This document shows positions 19,560-29,418 of a stretch of DNA of 64,000 nucleotides, piece by piece. The notes beneath the pieces are model-generated. The model was given only the letters and a program-made list of their open reading frames with translations, did not search any database and was not told the origin of the DNA. Made by a program: the position numbers and the translations under genes. Position 1 is the first letter of the stretch. Each line of letters begins with the position of its first letter. Source of the DNA: Candidatus Multivoradales bacterium. Its GTDB lineage: Bacteria > Acidobacteriota > Thermoanaerobaculia > Multivoradales > Multivoraceae. Where the stretch lies: positions 1,888,001-1,952,000 of the forward strand of contig CBDCWI010000001.1 of assembly GCA_965223325.1 (NCBI GenBank). The letters are read 5' to 3'.

Positions 19560-21509
19560 ATGCCACGCGCCACTCTCTACCAACGGTTCAGGTACCGCTT
19601 CGACAACTTCATGTCGCGGGGCGGGCGCTCGATCTTCATGTCGCTGACCCTGGTCTTCGTGGTGCTGTTGACCGCGATTTCGATCGTGCGCGGTGTGACC
19701 TACCACGTGTCGCCGCCCGAGCAGTCGCAGAACGAGCGCCACTTCTTGCGCAACGTCTATGTGACCTTCCTCGAGATGACCGACCCGGGCAACATGAACC
19801 AGGACATCGAGTCGTCGCCGGTGGTGAAGATCTTCGCCGTGGCATCGGGGCTGGCCGGTCTGGTGATGCTGTCGTCGCTGATTGCCTTTATCACCACCAG
19901 TCTCGATCAGAAGATGTCAGAGCTGCGCAAGGGCCACTCCAAAGTTCTCGAAGAAGATCACACCCTCATCCTCGGTTGGAACGAGCGCGTGCCTGAGATC
20001 CTGCGGGAATTGGTGATGGCCAACGAAAGCGAGCCCGACGCCTGCGCCGTGATTCTCGCCGACCGCGACAAGGAGTGGATGGACGACTACCTGAAGCTCA
20101 ACCTGCCCGACCGCGCCACCACCCGCATTGTCACGCGCAGCGGCTCGCCGTCGAGCCTGGTCAACCTGGAACTGGTTTCGGTGGACGAGAGCCGGTCGGT
20201 GATCGTGCTTGCCGACTGCAATCAGGGTGCGTCCGACACTGACAAGCACGCCAGCGACACCCACGTCGTCAAGACCGTCCTGGCGCTTACTACGGCACGG
20301 CGGCCCGACGTTCGGCTCAGCATCGTCGCCGAAGTCTTCGAGAAGAGTCGCCGTGAAATCGTCAAGCGCATCTCTCCGGAGGAAGTCTCGGTCATCGATA
20401 CCGACGAAATCCTCGCCAAGATGTTGGTTCAAACCTCGCGCAGCGTCGGGCTGTCAGTCGTCTACGGCGAGATTCTCTCCTTTGACGGGTGCGAGATGTA
20501 CTTCCACCACGCAGATTGGGGACTCGTGACCTTTGGCGAGATCGCCTTCCGTTGGCCGGACGGAATCCCCATGGGTCTTCGACATGCAGACGGTTCGCTG
20601 TCCCTCAACCCCGACCCTACCTGCGAGGTCTTGCCGGACGACGATGTGCTCATCCTCGCCGAAGACGACTCGACCGTCGAATACCTCGACGATCCCATCT
20701 TCGAGCCGCTGCGGCTTCCACTGAACGGCGCGCGGCGCACTCGCAGGGCCGAACGAACGCTGATTCTCGGCTGGACATCGAAAGTACGACAGGTGATCGA
20801 AGAGTTCGCCGACTACGTTCTCGAGGGCAGCCAGATCGACTTGATGCTTCGCCGTCCGGCGCCGGAGGTGCGCTTCGAAGTGCGCTCGCTGGCCAACCAG
20901 TTCGACCACCTCGAAGTGAACCTGCTCGATGGCGATCCGCTGACGACCGACGGGTTGCTCGCGGTGGAGCCGTTTCGCTACGAGAACATCATCATCCTCA
21001 GTCAGGGAGGCGACGACCAGAACCGCACCGATTCGGAAACGATCGTCATTCTGTTGCTGCTGCGCGCGATCTTCGAGGAACAGCCGAACAGGAACATCGA
21101 GACCCGGCTGATCACCGAGATTCTCGACTCCGAGAATCAGTTGCTGGTTCACGACACCGGGGTCAAGGACTTCATCATCTCGAACCGCCTGGTCAGCATG
21201 ATCCTGGCGCAGCTCAGCGAGGACGACGGAATCGGCGCTGTGTACGACGACCTGTTCGAAGAAGAGGGATCGGAGATCTACCTCAAGCCAGTGGAGTTGT
21301 ACTTCAGCGAACTGCCCACCGAGGTCACCTACGCCGACATGATTGCGATCGCCCAGAAGCGCAACGAAGTCTGTCTAGGGGTGAAGATCGGTGCACTCGA
21401 GACTGATCGAGACAACAACTTCGGGATCAAGCTGATCCCCGAGAAGCACCGCACCTATGACCTGTCCCTCGGAGACTGTCTGGTTGTCCTGGCCGAAGAC
21501 GAAACCTGA
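19560..21509 (+). CDS. CASTOR/POLLUX/DMI1-related cation channel
   Basis: RYRFDNFMSRG N-terminus, pore MTDPGN, LRKGHSKVLEEDHTLILGW, tandem RCK domains, LFEEEGSEIYLKP, C-terminal LVVLAED. Confidence 0.88.
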   Translation: MPRATLYQRFRYRFDNFMSRGGRSIFMSLTLVFVVLLTAISIVRGVTYHVSPPEQSQNERHFLRNVYVTFLEMTDPGNMNQDIESSPVVKIFAVASGLAGLVMLSSLIAFITTSLDQKMSELRKGHSKVLEEDHTLILGWNERVPEILRELVMANESEPDACAVILADRDKEWMDDYLKLNLPDRATTRIVTRSGSPSSLVNLELVSVDESRSVIVLADCNQGASDTDKHASDTHVVKTVLALTTARRPDVRLSIVAEVFEKSRREIVKRISPEEVSVIDTDEILAKMLVQTSRSVGLSVVYGEILSFDGCEMYFHHADWGLVTFGEIAFRWPDGIPMGLRHADGSLSLNPDPTCEVLPDDDVLILAEDDSTVEYLDDPIFEPLRLPLNGARRTRRAERTLILGWTSKVRQVIEEFADYVLEGSQIDLMLRRPAPEVRFEVRSLANQFDHLEVNLLDGDPLTTDGLLAVEPFRYENIIILSQGGDDQNRTDSETIVILLLLRAIFEEQPNRNIETRLITEILDSENQLLVHDTGVKDFIISNRLVSMILAQLSEDDGIGAVYDDLFEEEGSEIYLKPVELYFSELPTEVTYADMIAIAQKRNEVCLGVKIGALETDRDNNFGIKLIPEKHRTYDLSLGDCLVVLAEDET

Positions 21510-21570
21510 GCACTTCAAGTGCTGTGCGGGCGCGTCCCCGCTTGACCGAACGGGCTATGCTCAGACGTGA

Positions 21571-22056
21571 GTGAGCAAGAAGAAGCAGCCCCTGTCGGTT
21601 GGTTGGCGCGAAGTCGTCGCAATCCCTGAGTGGGGCGTCGGTGGCCTGATCGCAAAGATCGACACCGGCGCTCGCACGAGCGCGATTCATGTTGAGTCGC
21701 TGGTCGAGCGAGCGGATGGCGGCCTCGAGTTCGTCGTGCCAACGCCGACCGGAAGGAAAACGGTTCTCGCCGAGCCCGCTCGGATCTCTCGGGTCAAACC
21801 CTCGACCGGAGAGATCCAGGAACGATGGGTCGTCGAAACAACCATCGAGATCGGCCCGATGACTCATACGGTCGAGATCAGCCTGTCATCGCGGGCGAAG
21901 ATGCTCACTCCGATGCTGATTGGGCGACGTGGCCTGAAGCGCGGCGTCGTCGTCAACCCTCATCGACGCTACCTTCACGGCAAGCCACCGAGGGCCAAGC
22001 CAGCTGGCTCCAAGAAGAAAAGGAAAAAGAAGAAAGCAACCGAGAGAAGCAAGTGA
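21571..22056 (+). CDS. RimB-like retropepsin-type protease ('putative ATP-dependent zinc protease' family)
   Basis: VGWREVV...AKIDTGARTSAIH...PMLIGR, with a Lys-rich tail; GTGA overlap with rimK. Confidence 0.88.
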   Translation: MSKKKQPLSVGWREVVAIPEWGVGGLIAKIDTGARTSAIHVESLVERADGGLEFVVPTPTGRKTVLAEPARISRVKPSTGEIQERWVVETTIEIGPMTHTVEISLSSRAKMLTPMLIGRRGLKRGVVVNPHRRYLHGKPPRAKPAGSKKKRKKKKATERSK

Positions 22057-23240
22057 GAATCGGAATTCTGTCGCGTAACGCGCGCCTCTATTCGACGCGA
22101 CGCCTGGTCGAGGCCGGACGGGCCCGGGGCCATCGCATGCGCGTCCTCGACACCTTCGACTTTGCAGTTTCGATGGAGGAGGGCTTCCCAGACCTCTACT
22201 ACCGAGGTAAGCCACTGCCTGCGGTCGATGCGGTGATCCCGAGAATCGGTGCTTCGATCACCTACTTCGGCACCGCGGTCGTTCGCCAGTTCGAACAAAT
22301 GGAGGTTTTCTGCGCCAACAGCGCGCTCGGGATCGCCAACTCGCGCGACAAGCTGCGCTCCTTGCAGATGCTCTCGAAGTTCGACATCGGTATCCCGCCC
22401 ACCGAGTTCGTATCGCGGCGCAAGGACGTCCTGCCGGCGATTCGTCGACTCGGCGGCGCGCCGGTGATCATCAAGCTCCTCGAGGGAACGCAGGGCGTCG
22501 GCGTCATCCTGGCGGACTCGGAGAAGGTCGCTCAGGCAATCGTGGAGACGCTGCAAAGCACTCGCCAGGATGTCCTGCTTCAGAAGTTCATCGCCGAGAG
22601 TCGAGGCACAGACGTCCGGGCGTTCGTCGTCGGCGACCGCGTGGTGGCGGCGATGCGTCGTCGCGCGCAGGGCACAGAGTTCCGCAGCAACGTCCATCGC
22701 GGCGGCAAGGCCGAGGCAATCGACCTGCCAGAGAAGTACGAGGAAACCGCCATTCGAGCTGCCCAGGTCCTCGGGCTGCGCGTGGCCGGTGTGGACATGC
22801 TGCAGGCCGCCGACGGGCCGCAGGTCGCGGAGGTCAACTCCTCACCGGGCCTGGAGGGCATCGAGAAGGCAACTCGCATCGACGTTGCCGACGCCATCAT
22901 CCAGTACATGGAAGACCGCATCAAGTTCCCAGAACTCGACATTCGGCAGCGATTGACCGTCAGTCGGGGTTGGGGTGTCGCCGAGCTGCCGATTGGCAAG
23001 AACACCGCCTTTGCCGGCAAGAGGCTCGGCGAGTGCGGCTTCGAGGAGGCCGACATCCTGGTTCTCAGCCTCAACCGTGATGGCCGAGTCGTCAACAACC
23101 CTTCGGGGAGGCGCGAGCTCAAAGCCGGCGATCGCCTGCTGTGTTTCGGCAAGCTCGAAGAACTCAAGTCGCTCATCCCCGACCGTCGGAAACGCCGGCG
23201 ACGCAAACCGAAACGCCTGAGGAAGTCAGGCGGTGGCTGA
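22053..23240 (+). CDS. rimK: RimK-family alpha-L-glutamate ligase with C-terminal RCK_C/TrkA_C domain
   Basis: GTG start at 22053. ILSRN..LYSTRRL, PRIGASIT, KLLEGTQGVGV, FRSNVHRGG, EVNSSPGLEGIE; C-terminal GKRLGE...VLSLNRDG...P....LKAGDRL. Confidence 0.92.
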   Translation: MRIGILSRNARLYSTRRLVEAGRARGHRMRVLDTFDFAVSMEEGFPDLYYRGKPLPAVDAVIPRIGASITYFGTAVVRQFEQMEVFCANSALGIANSRDKLRSLQMLSKFDIGIPPTEFVSRRKDVLPAIRRLGGAPVIIKLLEGTQGVGVILADSEKVAQAIVETLQSTRQDVLLQKFIAESRGTDVRAFVVGDRVVAAMRRRAQGTEFRSNVHRGGKAEAIDLPEKYEETAIRAAQVLGLRVAGVDMLQAADGPQVAEVNSSPGLEGIEKATRIDVADAIIQYMEDRIKFPELDIRQRLTVSRGWGVAELPIGKNTAFAGKRLGECGFEEADILVLSLNRDGRVVNNPSGRRELKAGDRLLCFGKLEELKSLIPDRRKRRRRKPKRLRKSGGG

Positions 23241-24312
23241 GCGCCCCCTATGCCCGGGCCCTCTTTGCGTTCCGGCCGGTGAGCGCTCGGACCTCGCCCT
23301 GGTCGTTTCTGAGCGCTTCAGCGGGTCGCCGGTCGAAATCCCGCTGCACGTCTGGCGCGCCGAGAAGGAAGGCCCGACGGTCCTCGTTTGCGCGGCGGTG
23401 CACGGCGATGAGATCAACGGCACGGGCGTCGTCAAGAGCCTGATCACCGAACCACCCTTCGCCCTCGAAGCAGGGAACTTGATCCTGGTTCCGGTGATCA
23501 ACGTGCCGGGCTTCGAACGCCGCTCGCGATACCTGCCCGACCGGCGGGATCTCAATCGCTCCTTCCCGGGAACCGTCGGCGGCAGTTTGTCGTCGCGCTT
23601 CGCTCACCGCATCTTCAACGAGCTGGTCGCCGTTGCGGACTACTGCCTCGACTTTCACACCGCAGCCGTTCAGCGAACGAACTACCCCAACGTTCGCGGC
23701 CAGGTCGACAACCCCGAGGTGGCCAGGATTGCGCGCGCCTTCGGTACCGAGCTGATCGTCGCCGGCGCCGGCCCGCGGGGCTCACTGCGCCGGGTGGCAA
23801 CCGAGAACGGGTGCCCAGGAATCATCCTCGAGGCCGGCGAGGTCTGGAAGATGGAACCCTCGGTCGTCGAGACCGGTCGGCAGGGAGTGCGTAATGTTCT
23901 GATCGAGCTCGACATGGTGAAGGGTCGGGCGATCCGACCTCCCTACCAAGCGGTCGTCGACCGGACAACCTGGGTGCGCGCCGACCGTGGCGGCCTGCTC
24001 GAGTTCCATATCGCACCGGGGGAAGTCGTTGAAACCGAACAACCGTTGGCCACGACGACCGACCTCCTCGGTCGCCGGCTCAGCACGCTCTTGAGCCCGC
24101 AGGCCGGGGTCGTACTCGGTATGACGACGCTGCCAAGCGTCGTGCCGGGCAACCCTGTCTGTCACATCGCCGTACCGAGTGAAGGGATCGGCCCGATTCG
24201 AGCCGCCCTTCTGGAGAGCCAGGACGGAAGCCGCGGCACCGACGAAGATCTGCGCGACAAAGTGCGCGACGACCTCGCCACGAGTGTCACCATTTCGGAG
24301 CCGGAGCCTTAA
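23233..24312 (+). CDS. Succinylglutamate desuccinylase/aspartoacylase family (M14-like) protein
   Basis: AAVHGDEING, DLNRSFPG, LDFHT and LEAGE motifs; overlaps the rimK stop. Confidence 0.92.
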   Translation: MAERPLCPGPLCVPAGERSDLALVVSERFSGSPVEIPLHVWRAEKEGPTVLVCAAVHGDEINGTGVVKSLITEPPFALEAGNLILVPVINVPGFERRSRYLPDRRDLNRSFPGTVGGSLSSRFAHRIFNELVAVADYCLDFHTAAVQRTNYPNVRGQVDNPEVARIARAFGTELIVAGAGPRGSLRRVATENGCPGIILEAGEVWKMEPSVVETGRQGVRNVLIELDMVKGRAIRPPYQAVVDRTTWVRADRGGLLEFHIAPGEVVETEQPLATTTDLLGRRLSTLLSPQAGVVLGMTTLPSVVPGNPVCHIAVPSEGIGPIRAALLESQDGSRGTDEDLRDKVRDDLATSVTISEPEP

Positions 24313-24316
24313 GGCT

Positions 24317-25054
24317 TTGTCGAAGCCGCTTCCCAACGTTCTCGTCCACATCCTCGTCCTGGCACTACTTGCGCTGGCACTGTTCGCGCAGGCACCTGCT
24401 GACGCAGAGCTGCAAGAAGTAAGCAGGCCGACCACCACAACGCCGCTGACCTCGGTCTTCGCCGTCATGACGCACAAGGCGGGCTTCGCGTCATCACGCG
24501 CCCACAACCACATCATCGTCGCCTCCGACCTCAGCCTGGCGCTCGACTTCGATGCAGCGTACCCCTTAGAGACTTCGATCCGTATGAAGGGGCGGGTCGA
24601 GAACCTTCTAGTCGACGAGCCGAAGATCCAGCAACAGCTCGGAAGACGCATGGTCGAGCTCGGCGTGTTCTCCGAGGTTCCCACCGTGATTGACCGTAAG
24701 AGCCGCAAGAAGATCGCTCAATCGATGTTGGGTCCCAAACAGCTCGAGGCAGAACTGTTCCCCCATCTCGAAGCTCACCTCCGATCGCTTGAGCCTGCCG
24801 AGAAGGCAATCGCTCACGGTGGCGTTCGCTTCGGCTACCACGCAACCGTCGCACTCGAGGTCCACGGCAGAACCCGAGAGAGCATCTTCGACGCACGCCT
24901 CGAAAGACACGGCGAACGGGTCGTGCTCGAGGCCATCGGTACGTTCGAGTTCACCGACTTCGCCGTTGAACCGTTCTCCGCGTTCTTCGGCGCGGTCAAG
25001 AACGAGAACACCTTCCACGCCTACGCCCGCCTCGAAGTCGCAGCGCCGCCCTGA
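24317..25054 (+). CDS. YceI-like secreted protein
   Basis: Signal peptide; THKAG..S..AHNH, MLGPKQLEAELFP, LEVHGRT, TDFAVEPFS. Start codon uncertain (TTG). Confidence 0.7.
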   Translation: MSKPLPNVLVHILVLALLALALFAQAPADAELQEVSRPTTTTPLTSVFAVMTHKAGFASSRAHNHIIVASDLSLALDFDAAYPLETSIRMKGRVENLLVDEPKIQQQLGRRMVELGVFSEVPTVIDRKSRKKIAQSMLGPKQLEAELFPHLEAHLRSLEPAEKAIAHGGVRFGYHATVALEVHGRTRESIFDARLERHGERVVLEAIGTFEFTDFAVEPFSAFFGAVKNENTFHAYARLEVAAPP

Positions 25055-25078
25055 TGCCAGGAGAGGTCGGTCGTCGGG

Positions 25079-25621
25079 TCAGGTCCTACGCAGCCAGCGG
25101 ATCGTCCCGGCGATCGCCACGATGAGGCCGAGTGGCTCTAGCAACCAGGTTGCCTCATAGTCAGCGACCACCAGCCTCGTCGTGCGGACATCGAAAGAGG
25201 CAGCGCGCATCAAGACGAAGACCAGAACGAGCATCATGCCGACGGTCGCCGGCAGGGTCTCCTTGAGATGGTTGCGCCCGGCCCACAGCACCCAGAGCGC
25301 GAAGCCGAGAGTCGCAACCACCACCATGGCAAGAAACGCCACCTGGATCACCGCCCGTTCCTGGTACCAGCCCTGGGCCTGCGACATCTCTCGGCCGAGG
25401 CGAGTGAGGGCGAGCTGCAAATCGAGCTGCTTGTTGAGACCCAGGAGCACCGTGACCACCGCAAAGGACGCCCAGACGGGCGCCGGCGAAACACCACTCT
25501 GGGAACGCGCGCGGAGAAAGGCTGTTCCGAAAGCCGAGGCGGCAACGAGATAGGCGACGGTCACCATCCACGGGACCAGCCCAGGATCACCGGAATGCTC
25601 GAGATATCGGAGTTGGTTCAA
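25079..25621 (-). CDS. Multi-pass membrane protein of unknown function
   Basis: About 5 hydrophobic segments; LGLNKQLDLQ...GWYQER pattern. Start uncertain. Confidence 0.7.
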   Translation of the reverse strand: MNQLRYLEHSGDPGLVPWMVTVAYLVAASAFGTAFLRARSQSGVSPAPVWASFAVVTVLLGLNKQLDLQLALTRLGREMSQAQGWYQERAVIQVAFLAMVVVATLGFALWVLWAGRNHLKETLPATVGMMLVLVFVLMRAASFDVRTTRLVVADYEATWLLEPLGLIVAIAGTIRWLRRT

Positions 25622-25923
25622 TGGTCAACGCACGGGAAGCGATCGCGAAAGGACACAGATCCCCTCCGACCCTAGCAACGTCCGCCTGGCCAGTCAGAGG
25701 CGGAATTTCCGACCTGGTCACACCGTTACATGAACGATTGAGGCGCCGGCCCCAGAGTCACCGCGACCACAGAGCTGGAGCGACAGAGGGGCGCCATGAC
25801 GGCCTTTTCCACCCTCGAGACATGCCGAAACGGCGCTCCATCAGCTCGGGTGGTTCTTTTGCCATCCATCCCAAACGACTGGTTTTGTTGAACTATGAAC
25901 GATCGGGTAGCCGTCAGAAGACC

Positions 25924-25939
25924 TGGCACGGTCATCGCT
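25924..25939 (+). promoter_or_regulatory. Sigma-54 promoter upstream of 26104
   Basis: TGGCACG-GTCA-TCGCT with GG-N10-GC spacing. Confidence 0.6.
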
Positions 25940-26103
25940 TTGAAGCTACTCAATCAGTTCCAGGACTCGAGGCCTCTCGGCCCAGCGGCGTTGGCCTCCC
26001 GCCCGAATGATCGTGAGGGTATCGCCAGCCTGTCTTTTGTGAGATCTGCCTTCCAATCACCCATCGCCATAGACGCACCAATCTCTGCACAAGCAAGGCC
26101 CCT

Positions 26104-27045
26104 ATGAGCATTCGACGCATCACCCAGACACTTCTCACCGTCGTGGCGCTGGCCGCGGTCGCCTGGTTCGCTCCCGAATCGAGCGACACCCTGGCGGCGC
26201 CGATGATGGGCTTTATCCCAGTTGTGGGTGATCTCAGTCGTCGGCTGCGGCGCGCCTACCGCGCCCTCGAAAAGCGAGACACCCGCGGTGCGGTCGGCGA
26301 GCTGCGCTATGCCGTGACCTGGCTGCGCGACCGGCGCCACAAGTCGGCCGACCCGGAGAGTGCGATGGCGGTTGCGACGGCGGCCGAGCGTCTCACTGAG
26401 CTCTGCACGCTGCTCGAGCGCGGTGGTCGCGTGCAACCCCAGGACCTCCTTGGTGCGATGGAAGCCGCCCACGAAGCAGAAGTCGACGAACTCTGGCCGG
26501 GCGTCCCCTCGTCGGTTTGGTTTCCCCTCTCCGATCGCCCGAACGAGCATTTTCGGCTCGCACATTCCCACCTGATCGGTGGCCAGACCAATCGCGCCGC
26601 CGCCGAACTGCGCAAAGCCGCGGCGCTCGTCAGGCTCGAGGCGTCACGCGCTCGCCCCAGCGAACGCGACGACCTTCTCGACTGCACTGAGCAGCTGCGC
26701 GCCATGGCGTCGAGCATCCGGCGCGCCGACCCAGCCGAGAGCAACCGCATGCGAGCCCTCTTCGGCAAGACCCATCGCGCCCTCGCCCGCCACTGGATCG
26801 GCGACATCAACCCCGCCTTGGTCGACGACTGCCTGGACGAGGCGCGTTGCTCGCTCCTGGCCGCCTGCCGTTCGATGCAGTGGGGGTTCCGCTGGTTGTC
26901 GCGCGAGGTTCCGCGTTCGGTCGACAGCGCCATCGGCGAAGCATCCGACTGGGCCCGAGAGCTCGAGCGCAAAGAAGCCGAGAGCGAAAAGAAGCCCGAC
27001 ATCGTGCGCGGTCTGCGCCGTGGTCTCCGCTCGCTAGCCGCTTGA
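26104..27045 (+). CDS. Secreted helical-repeat hypothetical protein (YfdX-like)
   Basis: Signal peptide; repeated units GAVGELRYAVTWLR / RAAAELRKAAALVR / EARCSLLAACRSMQ. Confidence 0.65.
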   Translation: MSIRRITQTLLTVVALAAVAWFAPESSDTLAAPMMGFIPVVGDLSRRLRRAYRALEKRDTRGAVGELRYAVTWLRDRRHKSADPESAMAVATAAERLTELCTLLERGGRVQPQDLLGAMEAAHEAEVDELWPGVPSSVWFPLSDRPNEHFRLAHSHLIGGQTNRAAAELRKAAALVRLEASRARPSERDDLLDCTEQLRAMASSIRRADPAESNRMRALFGKTHRALARHWIGDINPALVDDCLDEARCSLLAACRSMQWGFRWLSREVPRSVDSAIGEASDWARELERKEAESEKKPDIVRGLRRGLRSLAA

Positions 27046-27047
27046 AC

Positions 27048-27072
27048 CGAGTCTGGCCAAGGGCCAGACTCG
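27048..27072. terminator. Hairpin between convergent genes
   Basis: cgagtctggcc-aag-ggccagactcg directly after the stop at 27045. Confidence 0.5.
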
Positions 27073-27328
27073 CGTCCGATTCGGCATGGCTTTCCGAGTG
27101 TCGCGCCGCCGTCGACCTCTAAGGTTCTGCGGTCTGATCGGGCATCGTCGTGGCGGTCAGGCCGCGAGTGGGACCTCACCCCCCGAAGGAGGCCCTACAG
27201 CGCAGCGGCGACCAGCACGATCCCCAGGCCAACCGCCGAGTAGATCGAATAGATCTCGACGAAGAGAAGGCGCTACTCGGCTGAGCCGCTGCTCTGGAGA
27301 ACCGCTCTCGGTGGACTGGATCTCCCCG

Positions 27329-28159
27329 CTACAGCCGATCGCCGCAGAACTTGCAGTGTTTGGCGTCGGGGGCATGGCCTGACTTGAGGCAGCTCGGGCA
27401 GACCTCGGTTGTCACGCCCTGCTGCTTTGCCTGCGCGAGCTCGACCGAAAAGATGCCGGTCGGGATGATGATCATGCAGTAGCCGAGGACCATGGCGACC
27501 GCCGAGAGCGCCTGGCCGAACGGTGTTTCTGGGGCGATGTCGCCGTAGCCAACGGTGGTCACGGTCACGATGGCCCAGTAGATGCCTCGCGGAATGCTCG
27601 AGAAGCCCTCGTTGGTTTGACCTTCGACGACATACATCACCGAGCCCATGATCATCACCAGGGTCATGACGACAAACAGGAAGACCGCGATCTTGGCGCG
27701 GGTCGCAGCGACCGCCCGCAGAAGAGAGTTCATTTCGGTGACATAGCGGGCCGCCTTGAAGATCCTGAAAATGCGCAACAGGCGTAGGCCTCGGATGACG
27801 ACCAGGGCGTGCGAGCCGGTGAAGATCAAGCTGAGATAGCTGGGAAGGATCGCCAGAAGATCGATGATTCCGAAGAAGCTCCGGGCGTAGACCGCCGGGC
27901 GCTTCACGGCCAGGAGACGTAGAACGTACTCAATCGTAAACAGGACCGTGAAGATCCACTCTGCAACCCGCAACAACAAACCATGCTGCGCCTTGATCGA
28001 CTCGACGCTCTCCAGTACTACCGCCAGAATGGAAAGCACGATCAACACGAGAAGGGCAACGTCGAAGAACTTGCCCGCCGGTGTCTCGGCCTCGAAGATC
28101 ACCTCGTAGAGTTCGAGTTTCCAGTCTCGGGTGGCGGTGTGTGGTGCGGGATGATCCAT
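27329..28159 (-). CDS. 6-TM voltage-gated potassium channel
   Basis: S4 RGLRLLRIFRIFK, filter TTVGYGD, C-terminal CxxC...CxxC zinc ribbon. Confidence 0.95.
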   Translation of the reverse strand: MDHPAPHTATRDWKLELYEVIFEAETPAGKFFDVALLVLIVLSILAVVLESVESIKAQHGLLLRVAEWIFTVLFTIEYVLRLLAVKRPAVYARSFFGIIDLLAILPSYLSLIFTGSHALVVIRGLRLLRIFRIFKAARYVTEMNSLLRAVAATRAKIAVFLFVVMTLVMIMGSVMYVVEGQTNEGFSSIPRGIYWAIVTVTTVGYGDIAPETPFGQALSAVAMVLGYCMIIIPTGIFSVELAQAKQQGVTTEVCPSCLKSGHAPDAKHCKFCGDRL

Positions 28160-28295
28160 ACTTCGGAGCGTATCTCAGCGCTCTTGGAAAGTGCGCCGAA
28201 GCCCGACGTAGACTGCGGCTTGTTTCCTTTCCGAAACGGCCCCAACTGTTCACTCGCTGAGCGGCGAGGGTCTTCATCCAGGAGTGCAACTGCCT

Positions 28296-29225
28296 ATGAC
28301 CTCCACCCACGACTCCCTTTCCGACCCGCGCAACGAGAACGTCCAGATCTGGATGAACGGTGACCTCGTACACCGCGATGAGGCGCGGATCTCGGTGTTT
28401 GATTCCGGGTACCTGGTCGGTGACGGCGTCTGGGAAGGCCTGCGCTTGCACGATGGCTACTTCGCCTACCTTGACGAGCATCTCGATCGCCTCTTTCAGG
28501 GCGCCGCCGCAATCCATCTCGACATCGGTCTTTCACGAAGCGAACTCACGGCGGCGCTCTACGAGACCGTCCAGGCCAACAACATGACGACCGGCGTGCA
28601 TGCGCGACTGATGGTGACGCGCGGGGTGAAGAAGACACCGTCGCAGGACCCACGCCTGGTCATTGGACGGCCGAACATCGTGATCATCGCCGAGCACAAG
28701 CGCGCCGACCCTGAAACCACCAGGAAGGGCGTGCGTCTCTTCACCTCCACCGTGCGCCGTGGCTCGCCGGACTACCTCGACCCGAGGCTCAACTGCCATT
28801 CGAAGCTGCACGAAGTGATCGCACTCGCGCAAGCCATCGAAGCCGGCGGCGACGAGGCGCTGATGCTCGACATCCATGGCTTCGTCGCGACCTGTAACGC
28901 CACCAACTTTTTCATCGTCCGGAGCGGCGAAGTGTGGACATCGACTGGCCAGTACTGCATGAATGGCATTACGCGCAGGAAGATCGTCGACGTCTCAGTC
29001 GCTGCCGGGATGACAGCCCGGGAGAAGAACTTCTCCTTGACCGACGTGTACGACGCCGACGAGAGTTTCGTTACCGGAACCTTCGGCGGCGTCACGCCAG
29101 TCACCGAGATCGACGGTCGCATCATCGGAACCGGCGCAGAAGGCCCCGTCACCACGAGCCTCCGCAAGCTCTACGAGCACGCCATCCACGAACACATCGA
29201 GAAGCAGCGCCAAGCAACCCGCTAG
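28296..29225 (+). CDS. Class IV PLP aminotransferase (branched-chain/D-amino-acid aminotransferase-like)
   Basis: ISVFDSGYLVGDGVWEG, HLDRL, RLMVTRG, DEALMLD, GITR, ADESFVTGT. Confidence 0.92.
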   Translation: MTSTHDSLSDPRNENVQIWMNGDLVHRDEARISVFDSGYLVGDGVWEGLRLHDGYFAYLDEHLDRLFQGAAAIHLDIGLSRSELTAALYETVQANNMTTGVHARLMVTRGVKKTPSQDPRLVIGRPNIVIIAEHKRADPETTRKGVRLFTSTVRRGSPDYLDPRLNCHSKLHEVIALAQAIEAGGDEALMLDIHGFVATCNATNFFIVRSGEVWTSTGQYCMNGITRRKIVDVSVAAGMTAREKNFSLTDVYDADESFVTGTFGGVTPVTEIDGRIIGTGAEGPVTTSLRKLYEHAIHEHIEKQRQATR

Positions 29226-29235
29226 CACCCCCACC

Positions 29236-29330
29236 CAGTCGGGGGGACTTTCCCACCCCAACGAGGGGGCCGCGCCCGCCCGCCCCCGCAGCCAGTCGGG
29301 GCCCCCGCACACCGTCGGGGGGACTTTCCC
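29236..29330. repeat. REP-like motif, two direct copies left of the RAYT gene
   Basis: cagtcggggggactttccca (29236-29255) and gtcggggggactttccc (29314-29330). Confidence 0.8.
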
Positions 29331-29418
29331 GACCCCAGTCACGGTTCGCGAAACCTCGTAATTCGCCCCGGTTTGGCCTCGCTGCAAGGCTGCGCAGGCG
29401 TTCTGCGTCCCATGTCAT

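Noticed and set aside
29243-29253. GGGGACTTTCC, identical to the eukaryotic NF-kB site
   Set aside because: Coincidental; it is part of the RAYT-flanking repeat in a bacterial genome.
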